Assembly: GCA_002269645.1 (NCBI GenBank)
Contig: NIVC01001016.1
Location: 248,001-312,000, forward strand
Direction: 5' to 3'
DNA length: 64,000 nucleotides
From: Macrostomum lignano
Taxonomy: Eukaryota
The notes under the pieces were generated by a model, which had not been told where the DNA came from, ran no database searches, and worked only from the letters and a program-made list of their open reading frames with translations. Made by a program: the position numbers and the translations under genes. Every line of letters starts with the position of its first letter. Position 1 is the first letter of the stretch. This document shows, one piece after another, positions 1 through 12,177 of this stretch.

Positions 1-808
1 CTTTAATAATAGAGACTAATACTGTTGACTAAGAAATTGATTATATCATAACTGTTTCCTATGATATATTTTAACTGACTTAATGCAAGTATTAAGCTAA
101 AGTGTTACAATGCATGTGAATGATTCAATAAGATCTAAGCCTAGATATTAATAGACTAAACTGTTAATGCAACCAACAGGGTTTTAATTTTTTTATAAAA
201 TTTTATATAAATAGTTTTTTAGAGTGAAGAAAACTTAATGAAATAAAAGAAATAATAGAATCATTCGGTTTTTAAGATTCCAAGGCTTAGAGAGATGGGA
301 GATAAAGTGCTGAGATATTAAGCATATGAAATAATTTAACATATAATATAACATAATAATAAGCACATATTAAAGCTTACATGTTTGCCAATGTAAAAGA
401 GCTTTTGTCTATGGTAGCAAGGCTAATACAATAGCATTTAATTTGGTCCAACAAGCATCAATTTGGTCCAAATGCTTGTGGACCAATTTGCTATGTAGCT
501 AATGCTGTGCTGGCTATAGAACTTTGCCTTCACATGTGCCCAGGTGATAATGTTTATATACATAATGGGACTGTTTGGATCAATGAAATGCAGATGATAT
601 TTGGCAAACATGTGGTTAGAAAGTGCATTATATGCCAGGATGAAATTTTTGTACAAAATCATAATGCATTTCATGTGTACAAACAAAAATTGTGCACTTG
701 TGTGTATATTTCTGGCACTTGTGCAATTCTAAAAAGGTTTACATGTGTGCAACTTATATTTGTTCAAAAAACTTGCATGATTCTATTGAAAATGTTGAAT
801 CTTATACT

Positions 809-1094
809 CATACATGCGCAACCTCCAAAATTCAGTCGGCCATGCGACTTAGTTTTAACAAAAATGCGACTTAGTTTTTGGCCAAAAATGCAAAAAACCC
901 TAAAGCAAAATTAACGCAAGTTTAGGTAAACGGCAGGAGTAACTATGACTGTCTTATTAAGTCAAAATGCCTCGTCAGCTACTTAGTACTACTACTTTGG
1001 TGTTTTTTTGGGTGGGCATTTTTGCGACTTCCTTGGTTTGCCGCCAAATTGGTCGGCCGGATCGGCCGACTGGGCCGACTGTTGCGCATGTATG
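809..1094. mobile_element. 286-bp MITE (non-autonomous hAT/P-type DNA transposon), copy 1, carrying a 28S rRNA-like fragment
   Basis: Perfect 14-bp TIR CATACATGCGCAAC (809-822) / GTTGCGCATGTATG (1081-1094). 8-bp TSD CTTATACT at 801-808 and 1095-1102. Subterminal AGTCGGCC/GGCCGACT repeats. A second copy of identical length lies at 44537-44822. Confidence 0.9.
925..987 (+). pseudogene. Degenerate 28S rRNA fragment (helix 69-71 region) inside MITE
   Basis: GGTAAACGGCAGGAGTAACTATGACTGTCTTATTAAGTCAAAATGCCTCGTCAGCTACTTAGT versus the conserved eukaryotic 28S sequence GGTAAACGGCGGGAGTAACTATGACTCTCTTAAGGTAGCCAAATGCCTCGTCATCTAATTAGT (recalled from memory): 52/63 ungapped matches by hand. Confidence 0.8.
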
Positions 1095-2322
1095 CTTATA
1101 CTTGTTACAATAAAATAAAGTCATTATATTTAAAAGCAAAGCCACTTCTACTTAGTATTATATTAACATTATAAGATATTTATAAAAATTTATTTTTACA
1201 TATTTATTTAAACTTTGTATAAAACATCATAAAAACAGTTGCTTTTAAAATTAAAGTGCCAAAACACTTGCACAGTTTAAGTTAAAAACTTAAGCGCAAC
1301 TTTTTGTTCCCAAATAGGCATGCAAAGATTCTATCCTAGATTGCATGCTTGCCAACTCAACTATCAGTCAAAATATATGTCCCAGGCAATATACATTAGC
1401 TATTACTAAATAATTGGCAGCAATACTTAGCAGACCTTAAGTATACTTTAATAAACTTGCTTTGATTATTGATAATTTTATTCAAAAACTTTTATGCCAA
1501 AATAATTAAATATAGGAAAATAGGCCTAGATCTAGGACATTGCCTAAAATTTAGCAATTTTTAGTTTGTTTTGTGATATAATTTAAAGTTTGCATTGGTA
1601 TTTCATGCCATAGTAGAAAATTATCTATGACCAAAAGGGATGGGAAATGGTATCAGAAAATCCTCTAGCATCTAGCCTTATTTATTTTTCTATCTACATT
1701 CTACTGCTCTATCTATTGCTCTATTTACTTCTTTATCTATTGCTAGTTTTATTGCCCTATGGCCTATTTATTACTTTATGTACCATTCTACTAGGCTTAG
1801 CTATTGTTTATAATCAGGAAAATGACCTTTTTCATGGAAAATTATAAGTATAAAAAGGGGTTAGACATGTACTGCAACTACACTAGCATATTTTGGCATA
1901 ATAGCAAGCAAGAGAAAAAGTTTGGTATAGTATAGGGCCTAATGCAAGACAAAAAATTTTGGAGACACTATTTCTATAGACAGAAAATTAGCAGTTTATT
2001 TTTATTAGCACTGTTTTACTTGCTGGTGTATTAATATAATCTTTTTTTAATTAAAATACTGGTTTTACTTTTTTAGATAGAAAATATTGATTTTTGTATT
2101 CTAAACTTATTATGCTTTTTTGAATAAAGTTATAGCACACAGCACAAATAAACTTACTTGATAGTGAATAGTTCTAGCACATAGCACAAATAAACTTTTT
2201 TGATAGGATTTGTTCCATGATTCTGATTTTGACTAGGCGCCTTATAGGCTATAGCTCCATTTACTTCTCTAATCTCTATCAACTGCTCTATCTACAAGTA
2301 TATATGCTCAGAAGTAGTATGT

Positions 2323-2758
2323 TAGGGTCTCCCTAAAACATGTACCATATTAGTTTAAAGCTTATGTTATATTTATATAGCTACACATTAAAATAGATTG
2401 CACTATAACTAAAGACATTTTAAAATGCATTTTCTATTAGGCCTAAGCTTTAGAGTGTTTAATAAATTTGTTTCTTTATTACTTTGATATCTTAAACTTG
2501 GTGAATAAAAACTGATATTAATTTAATAATAATAAAATAATAATAATGTAATTTAATAATGACAATGAGAATAAGAAAAATAGGCCCTAAGGCCTTTAGA
2601 ACAATAATATTTAATATAATAATTTAGGGTATTTATTCCATTACTCGTGTCTTACAACAAATAGTTTTCTCTGCAATTAAATACTGCATTGACAAAAAAT
2701 GTTATAATTTGTAGCTCTGGGGAAGGGCAGTGCAGTATATGTTTTAGGGAGACCCCTA
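2323..2758. mobile_element. Putative MITE with ~23-bp TIRs
   Basis: TAGGGTCTCCCTAAAACATGTAC at the left end versus the reverse complement of GTATATGTTTTAGGGAGACCCCTA at the right end (1 indel, 1 mismatch). AT-rich non-coding interior. TSD not clearly resolved (TATGTT occurs on both sides). Confidence 0.55.
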
Positions 2759-3389
2759 TGTTGTAGCACTAATTCAAAATTTGTCAAAAAAACTGAAATC
2801 TTTAGATTTAATCCTAAATAAAAAATTAAGTCTTAGAAAAATTTATACATTTAATTAAAAAAACTAGCTGTTTCTGCATGCCATATGGCATACACCTCTC
2901 TGCTGAAAAATTGTTTTGATTTTTAAGATAAAAATGCATTAATTTGAATCAAATATGTTTAAATACTGATCTGATATTAATAGCATATTTTTGGTAAGCA
3001 GAATAGATTTACGCTTTACGGCATAGGCGGTAATATGGTATCACGTCTTTTAAAAATCAGAGGGAGCTCTCAAGTTAATGAATATCTCATGCAGGATTCG
3101 ATGGTTAACTGTAAAATCAAATTCATGACACGTAAAATTAGCAAGGAAAATTTCTTATTAAAACAACTGCTACTGCGTAAATAATATTTTTGCCTAAACT
3201 TTAACTCAAAAGAAATGCAATTAGCTAAAAAATGTTTTCTTGTAATATTTTGTCCTTCACACAAAAATAAACTAGTAATATCTGTCTCTATAGTATACTT
3301 TTAGTTTAACATTTTGAGTCGATTTTTTATAATCATTTCGTTTTCTACGTTGTCATGCCTGCTTAAAATATTGGGCATATATTGAAGCC

Positions 3390-6300
3390 ATGACTGAAGC
3401 CAAGCAAAAACTTTCGGATGAATGCTACACTTCGAACGGTATTGTGTGTTTAAATCTGAGCAACAGGGGGCTAAAGAAGATCCCTGTGAAGGCTTTTGAT
3501 ATTAAGAAACTTGGATTTTTATGCGTTAGCGATAATGAGCTACATTCAATTTCCGATTTTCTCGAGGCAGCAAAAGGATTGAAATACTTCGTGGCGAACA
3601 ACAACCGAATTGAGAGCTTTCCCAAGTCTTCTATTAACCTTTACCAATTGACTTGCTTAGACCTTTCATTTAACAGACTAAGGGAAGTGCCTGGTTCTCT
3701 TGAATCATGCAAGAGTTTAAAGTTCCTTAACCTCTGCTCGAATAGCATCACTGAAATCCCTGATTTCTGCTTTTCTTTCCGAAGACTCGAAGTTCTTTCG
3801 CTTGGGTCGAATCGAATTAAATGCCTTCCAGAGATCGGATCAAAGAACTGGACTCTGAAATCGTTGGTGCTTGAGTCAAACTGTTTCACGGAGCTCAGCG
3901 GTAGCGTCTGCAATTTGGTTGCTCTCCAATCATTGCGATTGAATGGCAATTCATTGACTTCGCTCCCCCGGCAGCTTGACAGTTTGGAACAGTTGCAAAT
4001 TTTGCGGCTTGACAACAACAAGTTCGAATTCATACCTTGCCAAATTTTTGATCTGGAGAGTCTCGTCGAGCTCGGCTTGTCGCATAACCAAATAAGCGAA
4101 GTTCCGGAGGAAATAGCAAAGTTAGCCAGACTGGATATTCTCAACCTGTCATTTAATAATATCGAGGAGCTACCTAACGAGATTGGCTACCTAAGTGAGC
4201 TGAAGAACCTGAACGCTGAGGGCAATCCGCTGCAGCTGATTCCCCCCAGCCTGGCTCGATTGGGCTGCCTGCTGGAGCTGAACTTGGGCAAGGCCGACCT
4301 GACTGAATTTGACGAAAACTTCTGCTTCTGCTCGAATCTCCGAGTTCTCAATCTGGCATCGAATGGAATCCTATTTTTGCCGCTTGAGTTCTCTAATTTG
4401 AAGATTCTTTCAATTCTCGACTTGAGCTCCAACGGCTTGGAGATTTTCCCGGAGATCATCGCCACCCTTCCGGCTCTGGAGGTTCTGCTACTAGGAGACA
4501 ACCGCCTGACTGATGTCTCCGACGAGCTTGGCCGATTGAAACGCCTGAAACAGCTGACTCTGGAGAACAACGACTTTGAAGAATTTCCCCAGTCACTATG
4601 CGAACTCGAGTCGCTTCAGGTGCTCAACTTGACGGGAAACAGGCTCGCCAATTTGCCCGACGACTTCAAGAAACTCCGACAGCTTCGCATCCTGCAGTTT
4701 CCGGGCAACGCAATCGAGGAGTTTCCCGATGTCCTCTGCCGGATGAAGCAGCTGGAGCAGCTGGACTTGGCCGGCAATCGCATCGCCCAATTGCCAGAAG
4801 ATTTGAAGCATCTCACCTGCTTGGAAAGTCTCAACCTGTCCAATAACAACTTTAGTGACTTTCCCACCGAGGTCTGCGTCGTGCCGGCTCTCAGACAGCT
4901 GCGTCTTCACCAAGGCTCTGGCAAGAAGCTGCTGCAAATTCACGAAGACATCGGCTGCCTGGACTTGCTGACTCATCTGGATCTGTCAGACAACGAGTTG
5001 ACCAGCTTGCCTGAAACACTCGGTCGTCTGACTCACCTTCGCGACCTGCTGCTACAAAATAACCGTCTCAAAGTCGTTCCAGACGCTGTCCGCCAGCTCA
5101 AGAGCTTGAAGACGCTGAAACTGGAGAACAACCTCATCGCCTATTTGCCTCGCAGCATTGAAGAGCTCGGCGGTCAGTCAGTAAATTTCAAAGCCGATGG
5201 CAATCCTAGTAAAGTGCCACCAGCTGAGATTGTCTTTGGCGGAGAAGTCAAACCAATTGGAGCTTTTGTGCACAAATACGACGAACGAGAGCGTAAGTGT
5301 CGCGCTGCACCTTGGGTGTAACCCTTGAGGTTTAGAGCTTGAGGTGTAGCCCTTGAGGTGTAGCCATTGAGGTGTAGCCATTGAGGTGTAGCCCTTGAGG
5401 TGTAGCCATTGAGGTGTAGCCATTGAGGTGTAGCCCTTGAGGTGTAGCCCTTGAGGTGTAGCCATTGAGGTGTAGCCCTTGAGGTTTAGAGCTTGAGGTG
5501 TAGCCCTTGAGGTGTAGCCCTTGAGGTGTAGCCCTTGAGGTGTAGCCCTTAAGGTGTAGCCCTTGAGGTGTAGCCATTGAGGTGTAGCCCTTGAGGTTTA
5601 GAGCTTGAGGTGTAGCCCTTGAGGTGTAGCCCTTGAGGTGTAGCCCTTGAGGTGTAGCCCTTGAGGTGTAGCCCTTGAGGTGTAGCCCTTGAGGTTTAGA
5701 GCTTGGGGTGTAGCCCTTGAGGTTTAGAGCTTGAGGTGTAGCCCTTGAGGTGTAGCCCTTGAGGTGTAGCCCTTGAGGTGTAGCCCTTGAGGTGTAGCCC
5801 TTGAGGTGTAGCCCTTGAGGTGTAGCCCTTGAGGTGTAGCCCTTGAGGTGTAGCCCTTGAGGTGTAGCCCTTGAGGTGTAGCCCTTGAGGTGTAGCCCTT
5901 GAGGTGTAGCCCTTGAGGTGTAGCCCTTGAGGTGTAGCCCTTGAGGTGTAGCCCTTGAGGTGTAGCCCTTGAGGTGTAGCCCTTGAGGTGTAGCCCTTGA
6001 GGTGTAGCCCTTGAGGTGTAGCCCTTGAGGTGTAGCCCTTGAGGTGTAGCCCTTGAGGTGTAGCCCTTGAGGTGTAGCCCTTGAGGTGTAGCCCTTGAGG
6101 TGTAGCCATTGAGGTTTAGAGCTTGGGGTGGTAGTCCTTGAGGTTTAGAGCTTGGGGTGGTAGTCCTTGAGGTTTAGAGCTTGGGGTGGTAGTCCTTGAG
6201 GTTTAGAGCTTGGGGTGGTAGTCCTTGAGGTTTAGAGCTTGGGGTGGAGTCTTTGAGGTTTAGAGCTTGGGGTGGAGTCCTTGAGGTTTAGAGCTTGGTG

Positions 6301-7964
6301 TAGTAGTCCTTGAGGTTTAGAGCTTGGTGTAGTAGTCCTTGAGGTTTAGAGCTTGGAGTGGTCCTCTGTCGGTGGTAGAGCAAACAAAAAGTAATCATGT
6401 TTTAACATTTGAAAGTCCTTGACTACTTTGTTTAACAGAGAGCCTCGTCAAGCGCATGATCGAAGCTATTCAGTATAGAATCGACAAGGCCGACTTCCGG
6501 CATCTGTTTAGAAAGCTGGGCGTCTCCGAGGATCGCATGACCGCCATTGAGAACGAGTTCAAGGGCAAGGAGAAGTCCAAGGAGAGAATTCCTCAAGTGA
6601 GTGTAGATGTTAAATCTATAAGGACGTATTTTACTATGTAGCAGGCGCCCTCTCTGTAGCTGGCGCCCCCTCTGTAGCTGGCGCCCCCTCTGTAGCTGGC
6701 GCCCCCCTCTGTAGCTGGCGCCCCCTCTGTCGCAAGCGCCCCCTCTGCAGCTGGCGCCCCATCTGCAGCTGGCGCCCCCTCTGTAGCTGGCGCCCCCTCT
6801 GTCGCAAGCGCCCCCTCTGTAGCTGGCGCCCTCTCTGTAGCTGGCGCCCCCTCTGTAGCTGGCGCCCCCTCTGTAGCTGGCGCCCTCCCTGTAGCTGGCG
6901 CCCTCTCTGTAGCTGGCGCCCTCTCTGTATCTGGCGCCCCCTCTGTAGCTGGCGCCCTCTCTGTAGCTGGCGCCCCCTCTGTAGCTGGCGCCCCCTCTGT
7001 AGCTGGCGCCCTCTCTGTAGCTGGCGCCCCCTCTGTAGCTGGCGCCCCCTCTGTAGCTGGCGCCCTCTCTGTAGCTGGCGCCCCCCTCTGTAGCTGGCGC
7101 CCCCTCTGTCGCAAGCGCCCCCTCTGCAGCTGGCGCCCCATCTGCAGCTGGCGCCCCCTCTGTAGCTGGCGCCCCCTCTGTCGCAAGCGCCCCCTCTGTA
7201 GCTGGCGCCCTCTCTGTAGCTGGCGCCCCCTCTGTAGCTGGCGCCCCCTCTGTAGCTGGCGCCCTCCCTGTAGCTGGCGCCCCATCTGTAGCTGGCGCCC
7301 CCTCTGTAGCTGGCGCCCTCTCTGTAGCTGGTGCCCTCTCTGTAGCTGGCGCCCTCTCTGTATCTGGCGCCCCCTCTGTAGCTGGCGCCCCCTCTGTAGC
7401 TGGCGCCCCCTCTGTAGCTGGCGCCCCCTCTGTAGCTGGCGCCCCATCTGTAGCTGGCGCCCCCTCTGTAGCTGGCGCCCCCTCTGTAGCTGGCGCCCTC
7501 TCTGTATCTGGCGCCCCCTCTGTAGCTGGCGCCCTCTCTGTAGCTGGCGCCCCCTCTGTAGCTGGCGCCCCCTCTGTAGCTGGCGCCCTCTCTGTAGCTG
7601 GCGCCCCCTCTGTAGCTGGCGCCCTCTCTGTAGCTGGCGCCCCCTCTGTATCTGGCGCCCCCTCTGTAGCTGGCGCCCTCTCTGTAGCTGGCGCCCCATC
7701 TGTAGCTGGCGCCCCCTCTGTAGCTGGCGGCCCTCTGCAGCTGGCACACGTACGAGCTACATCTGTTAGTACTGGACACAAATTCAAGCATCCACATCTC
7801 CATCTCAACTACCGCCAATGCAGGGATTCCTAGCCTGGCAAGAGGAGAAAGCTCATTTAGCAACTTCAGGCGAATTAATTCGTATTCTGCACCTGATCGG
7901 TCTGACCAAGATGAGCGCTGAGCTGCGCTCGCAGAAAGCCGTCACAGATATGATTAGACTGTGA
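3390..7964 (+). CDS. LRRD1: Leucine-rich repeat and death domain protein (LRRD1-like), ~733 aa; exons 3390-5292, 6439-6596, 7824-7964
   Basis: More than 20 LxxLxLxxNxL repeats in the 643-aa ORF. Donor C|gtaagt at 5293 (phase 1) joins ttaacag|AG; donor CAA|gtgagt at 6597 (phase 0) joins tgcag|GGA. Exons 2-3 encode a death-domain-like segment (DFRHLFRKLGVSEDRMTAIE...FLAWQEEKAHLATSGELIRILHLIGL). Spliced length 2202 nt, divisible by 3. The 3' end may extend further (see findings). Confidence 0.85.
5323..6360. repeat. Intronic minisatellite, 14-bp unit CCCTTGAGGTGTAG, grading into a ~29-bp variant at the 3' end
   Basis: Direct tandem units fill LRRD1-like intron 1. Confidence 0.95.
6637..7745. 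repeat. Intronic minisatellite, 18-bp unit CTCTGTAGCTGGCGCCCC with a duplicated higher-order block
   Basis: Tandem units in LRRD1-like intron 2. The variant block TGTCGCAAGCG...GCCCCATCTGCAG occurs twice. Confidence 0.95.
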
Positions 7965-8354
7965 GTTGGCTGTTGGAGTGAAATTCAGTGCTCAACCATC
8001 GTTAGCTACGTACAGATGTACTCTTGGCGCGACTTATTAACTTTATTCCTTAAGTTCAACTCCTACAGACATAATTTTACTAAATATTCACTTAACTTCC
8101 CGGACACAACTTTGAGTTTCTGATACAAAGTAAAGAAGCCTTTATTGGTGAATTTTTGGGATCATTTTCAGTTTTTTCCTCCAAAAATAGTTTTTTTCGT
8201 AGCTCTGAAGCACAGCATATTGAGTTCTTGACACAAACGTACCGATTCCTGACACAAACTTACCGATTCCTGACAAGAATCAACCAGTTCCTGGCATTAT
8301 CCTATCAGTTTATGACAATGCTACATCAGCACCTGACACAAGGCTACAATCTCC

Positions 8355-8690
8355 CAACACAAAGCTATACCAGCTCCTGACACAAAGCTATACCAGCTCC
8401 TGACACAAAGCTATACCAGCTCCTGACACAAAGCTATACCAGCTCCTGACACAGAGCTATACCAGCTCCTGACACAGAGCTACACCAGCTCCTGACACAG
8501 AGCTATACCAGCTCCTGACACAGAGCTACACCAGCTCCTGACACAAAGCTATACCAGCTCCTGACACAGAGCTACACCAGCTCCTGACACAGAGCTACAC
8601 CAGCTCCTGACACAAAGCTATACCAGCTCCTGACACAGAGCTACACCAGCTCCTGACACAGAGCTACACCAGCTCCTGACACAAAGCTTC
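8355..8690. repeat. Minisatellite, 23-bp unit CTCCTGACACARAGCTAYACCAG
   Basis: About 14 tandem units. Confidence 0.9.
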
Positions 8691-9364
8691 AATCTTTATA
8701 ATACAAATTATGATACAAAGCTAAACAAGTTCCGGACACAAATTAAAGAAAATATTTAATTTAAAGGTTGTGATAACTTACAAGAGAAATCGCTTTAAAA
8801 CTTCAGATATTGATTTTTCTACTGTTAGGTTTTTTATAAGTTACTCGAGTTATCCCATATTAACTATTCTATTGTGTAAAATAAACCCGAACCGAGTTTT
8901 TTGAAGCGAATCTCCAACTAAAAAATTATTTGTTGAAATTTAAAATCATATCAATAAAATGCTAATTAGAAACCTTGTTTATTCCATTTTTAACAGCTGT
9001 TTTCTACTTGCGTCCTATTCAATTTGTTTCCTACACTTCTATACCGTAATTTTTAGCGGCCAATATCAAATCAGCCGGGATATTAAATATATTAAAACTA
9101 TGTTCAACCTTTTTATAACAGTTTTTTTCTGACTTTATTGACGTATATATCTATATATTTGTCGCATTTAATTAAAATTTTAATTGACATCAAAACTAGG
9201 CTATATTATGAGTATCGGACTCAGTGTAAAAATGCAAACTGCACTACTTTCTGAGGAATTAAGTAGTCTAGTTAGGATTTTTTTATTTTATAACATACGC
9301 GAATATAAGAAAATAGTTCATGCATAGGAAACCTGATAGAATAGGCTACTCTGTAAGAGAAGAG

Positions 9365-9826
9365 AGTGACCCACTGATAGATGGATGAGTGACGTAGTGA
9401 TAGATGAAGTGACCCACTGGTAGATAGAGTGACCCACTCACTGATGGATGGAGTGACCTATTGATAGATAGAATGACCCAAAGATAAATATAGTGACCCA
9501 CTGATAGATGGATGAGTGACGTAGTGATAGATGAAGTGACCCACTGACAGGGGGAGTGACCTACGGACAGAGGGAGTGACCTACTGACAGAGGGAGTGAC
9601 CCACTGACAGAGGGAGTGACCCACTGACAGAGGGAGTGACCCACTGACAGCGGGAGTGACCTACTGACAGAGGGAGTGACCCACTGAGAGAGGGAGTGAC
9701 CCACTGAGCGGGTGAGTGACCCACTGACAGACGGAGTGACCCACTGACAGACGGAGTGACCCACTGACAGACGGAGTGACCCACTGACAGACGGAGTGAC
9801 CCACTGACAGACGGAGTGACCCACTG
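9365..9826. repeat. Minisatellite, 20-bp unit GTGACCCACTGACAGACGGA
   Basis: Period-20 tandem repeat with a degenerate 5' part. Confidence 0.9.
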
Positions 9827-10309
9827 TAGAAAAAGGAATGAGCCGCAGTCAATAAATACAAGTGCAGTCAGCTTGCAGAGAAAAAATGATCAGAAAAAGC
9901 AGACACTTCAAACTTCAGTGAAACTGACTGTGGCGCCTGTGTCGATAATTTGCTTGAACAACAGCGTTGAAAGTACATGTACATGTAGCCCTTATATACT
10001 AGAATAATTACCCTAAGAATGCCCAACAAGGGGAGCATGAAACAGAGTCACAGCTAAATACAGATATTTTTGTCTCAGCATGAGGTCTCCACCCAACACT
10101 GCAAGCGTTAGGTTGGTTTGTTTCCAAATAGTCAACAAGAAATGGAAATCTTTTGATCTGACGCCAGCTAGTCTGGCTATAACCAGCATATTTTCAATGC
10201 ACACAAGCAATCTTAGCTTAGCTGTTTTTGTACAGTAGCTGCTGAAAACCAAGTGAAACTTCTGAAGCTGCGATGCCTAGATGTGTGAATCATAGTTAAA
10301 AAGGTGAGT

Positions 10310-10940
10310 GAGGAGAGAAGGTGAGAAGGAGGAGAGAGGATGAAGAGAGGAGGAGAGAGGATGAAGAGAAGGGGGGAACTGATGAAGAGAGGGGGGAGGG
10401 GATGAAGAGAGGGGAGAGGGGATGAAGAGAGGGGAGAGGGGATGAAGAGAGGGGAGAGGGGATGAAGAGAGGGGAGAGGGGATGAAGAGAGGAGGAGAGG
10501 GATGAAGAGAGGGGAGAGGGGATGAAGAGAGGGGGGAGGGGATGAAGAGAGGGGGAACTTATGAAGAGAGGGGGAGGGGATGAAGAGAGGGGAGAGGGGA
10601 TGAAGAGAGGGGAGAGGGGATGAAGAGAGGGGAGAGGGGATGAAGAGAGGGGAGAGGGGATGAAGAGAGGGGAGAGGGGATGAAGAGAGGGGAGAGGGGA
10701 TGAAGAGAGGGGAGAGGGGATGAAGAGAGGGGAGAGGGGATGAAGAGAGGAGGAGAGGGGATGAAGAGAGGGGAGAGGGGATGAAGAGAGGGGGGAGGGG
10801 ATGAAGAGAGGGGGGAACTGATGAAGAGAGGGGGAGGGGATGAAGAGAGAGGAGAGGGGATGAAGAGAGGGGGGAGGGGATGAAGAGAGGGGAGAGGGGA
10901 TGAAGAGAGGGTGAGAGAAGATGAAGAGAGGAGGAGAAGG
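10310..10940. repeat. Purine-rich minisatellite, 20-bp unit GATGAAGAGAGGGGAGAGGG
   Basis: Period-20 tandem repeat starting just after a strong donor AAG|gtgagt at 10304. Confidence 0.9.
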
Positions 10941-11604
10941 GGACACAAGGAAGAGCAAGGGTCACAGGTAAAGAGAAGATAGAATGCATCTATGGTTACA
11001 TTCAGACATAAAAAGTCAGCCAGTTGCAGAACAAAATTATCATTTCCAAGCCCAGCCAGAAGCAAAAGAGGCTGATCAGCGGCAATCAAAGCAATTGAAT
11101 TGGGAAAAGCAAAACTCAGAAGCCAATCACGCTGGCAGTCGTAGAGTTGAAGGATCGGAGCAGAGAGTAACAAGATAAGGACTTTGATGGGACAGGAACT
11201 AGCTGATCTAATGGCAAGGAGTTTCGCGAATCTTCAAGGGTATTTCACGCTCGGTTTTACATTTCTTTGCAAAGCGACTCTCAGGGGAGCCAGCGACAGA
11301 CCCTGATGAGGCATTGTTCCAAGGTCTTAAAGTGGATTAGCATCGAATCCTTCCCTAATACTCGGAATCTCGTTTTTGGTTTCGAAAGTTGTTGAGACTT
11401 TTTTCCAAGCCTTAAAGAGAAGAACTGATAAAACTGCAGAAATGGCGCGACACGAATCTACTTTCGATGGATAATACGGTAAATAGCTATTTTTATCAAA
11501 CAGTTTTTATTGCGTTTTCATTGATTTTTCGCTCGCGTACATTCATGATGTGTAGATGCAGATGATCGATTCTTATTGTGAAATATTGTCATCAAAAGTG
11601 ATCA

Positions 11605-12080
11605 AACAGGTCATTGGAGATTTCAAGTGGTCATTGGAGATTCTAAATGGCCATTGAAGGTTTTAATTGGTCAGTGAAGGAGTCAAATGGTCATTGGAGA
11701 TGCAAAATGGTCATTGGAGATTCTAAATGGTCATTGAAGGTTTTAACTGGTCATTGAAGGTGCCAAATGGTCATTGGAGATGCCAAATTGTAATTGGATA
11801 TTCTAAATGGTCATCGGAGGTTTTGAATGGTCATTGGAGGTTTTGAATGGTCATTGGAGATGACAAATGGTCATTGGAGATTCCAAAGGGTCATTGGAGG
11901 CGCCAAAATGGTCATTGAAGATTCTAAATGGTCATTGGAGGTTGTAAATGGTCATTGGAGGCGCTAAAATGGTCATTGAAGATTCTAAATGGTCATTGGA
12001 GGTTGTAAATGGTTATTGGAGGCGCCAAAATGGTCATTGAAGATTCTAAATGGTCATTGTAGGTGCCAAATAGTCATTCG
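11605..12080. repeat. Degenerate minisatellite, ~20-21-bp unit with core AATGGTCATTGGAG
   Basis: Repeated core lying between the convergent LRRD1-like and Tbx2/3 3' ends. Confidence 0.85.
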
Positions 12081-12177
12081 GGGCGCCTGGAGTAATTAAG
12101 GTCATAGAAGCAGTTTCTACTGTACATACAGTCCAATGCTAAACATTTGATAGAAAAGTGAAGGTCAAATATTCAGG

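Noticed and set aside
925-987. Possible rRNA gene
   Set aside because: Only ~63 nt match 28S, the flanks are MITE sequence, and conserved positions are mutated. It is a captured fragment, not an rDNA unit.
3425-4976. Antisense ORFs over the LRR gene, and similar shadow ORFs over ECT2, the PLE (47009-47428) and the CRAL-TRIO exons
   Set aside because: They are codon-bias shadows of real genes with no recognisable domains.
5323-6110. AGGTGT core in the LRRD1-like intron 1 array as a T-box site
   Set aside because: The context AGGTGTAG does not fit the (A/G)GGTGT(C/G/T)A consensus.
9900-9975. Retropepsin-like motif IIDTGATVSF on the minus strand
   Set aside because: A stop follows within 4 codons, there is no gag/pol or LTR context, and it overlaps a plausible + strand exon. 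Probably chance.
10960-11460. Separate minus-strand gene suggested by ORF 10559-11173
   Set aside because: A stop lies shortly upstream in frame, no motif is recognisable, and the rest of the ORF is repeat-derived.
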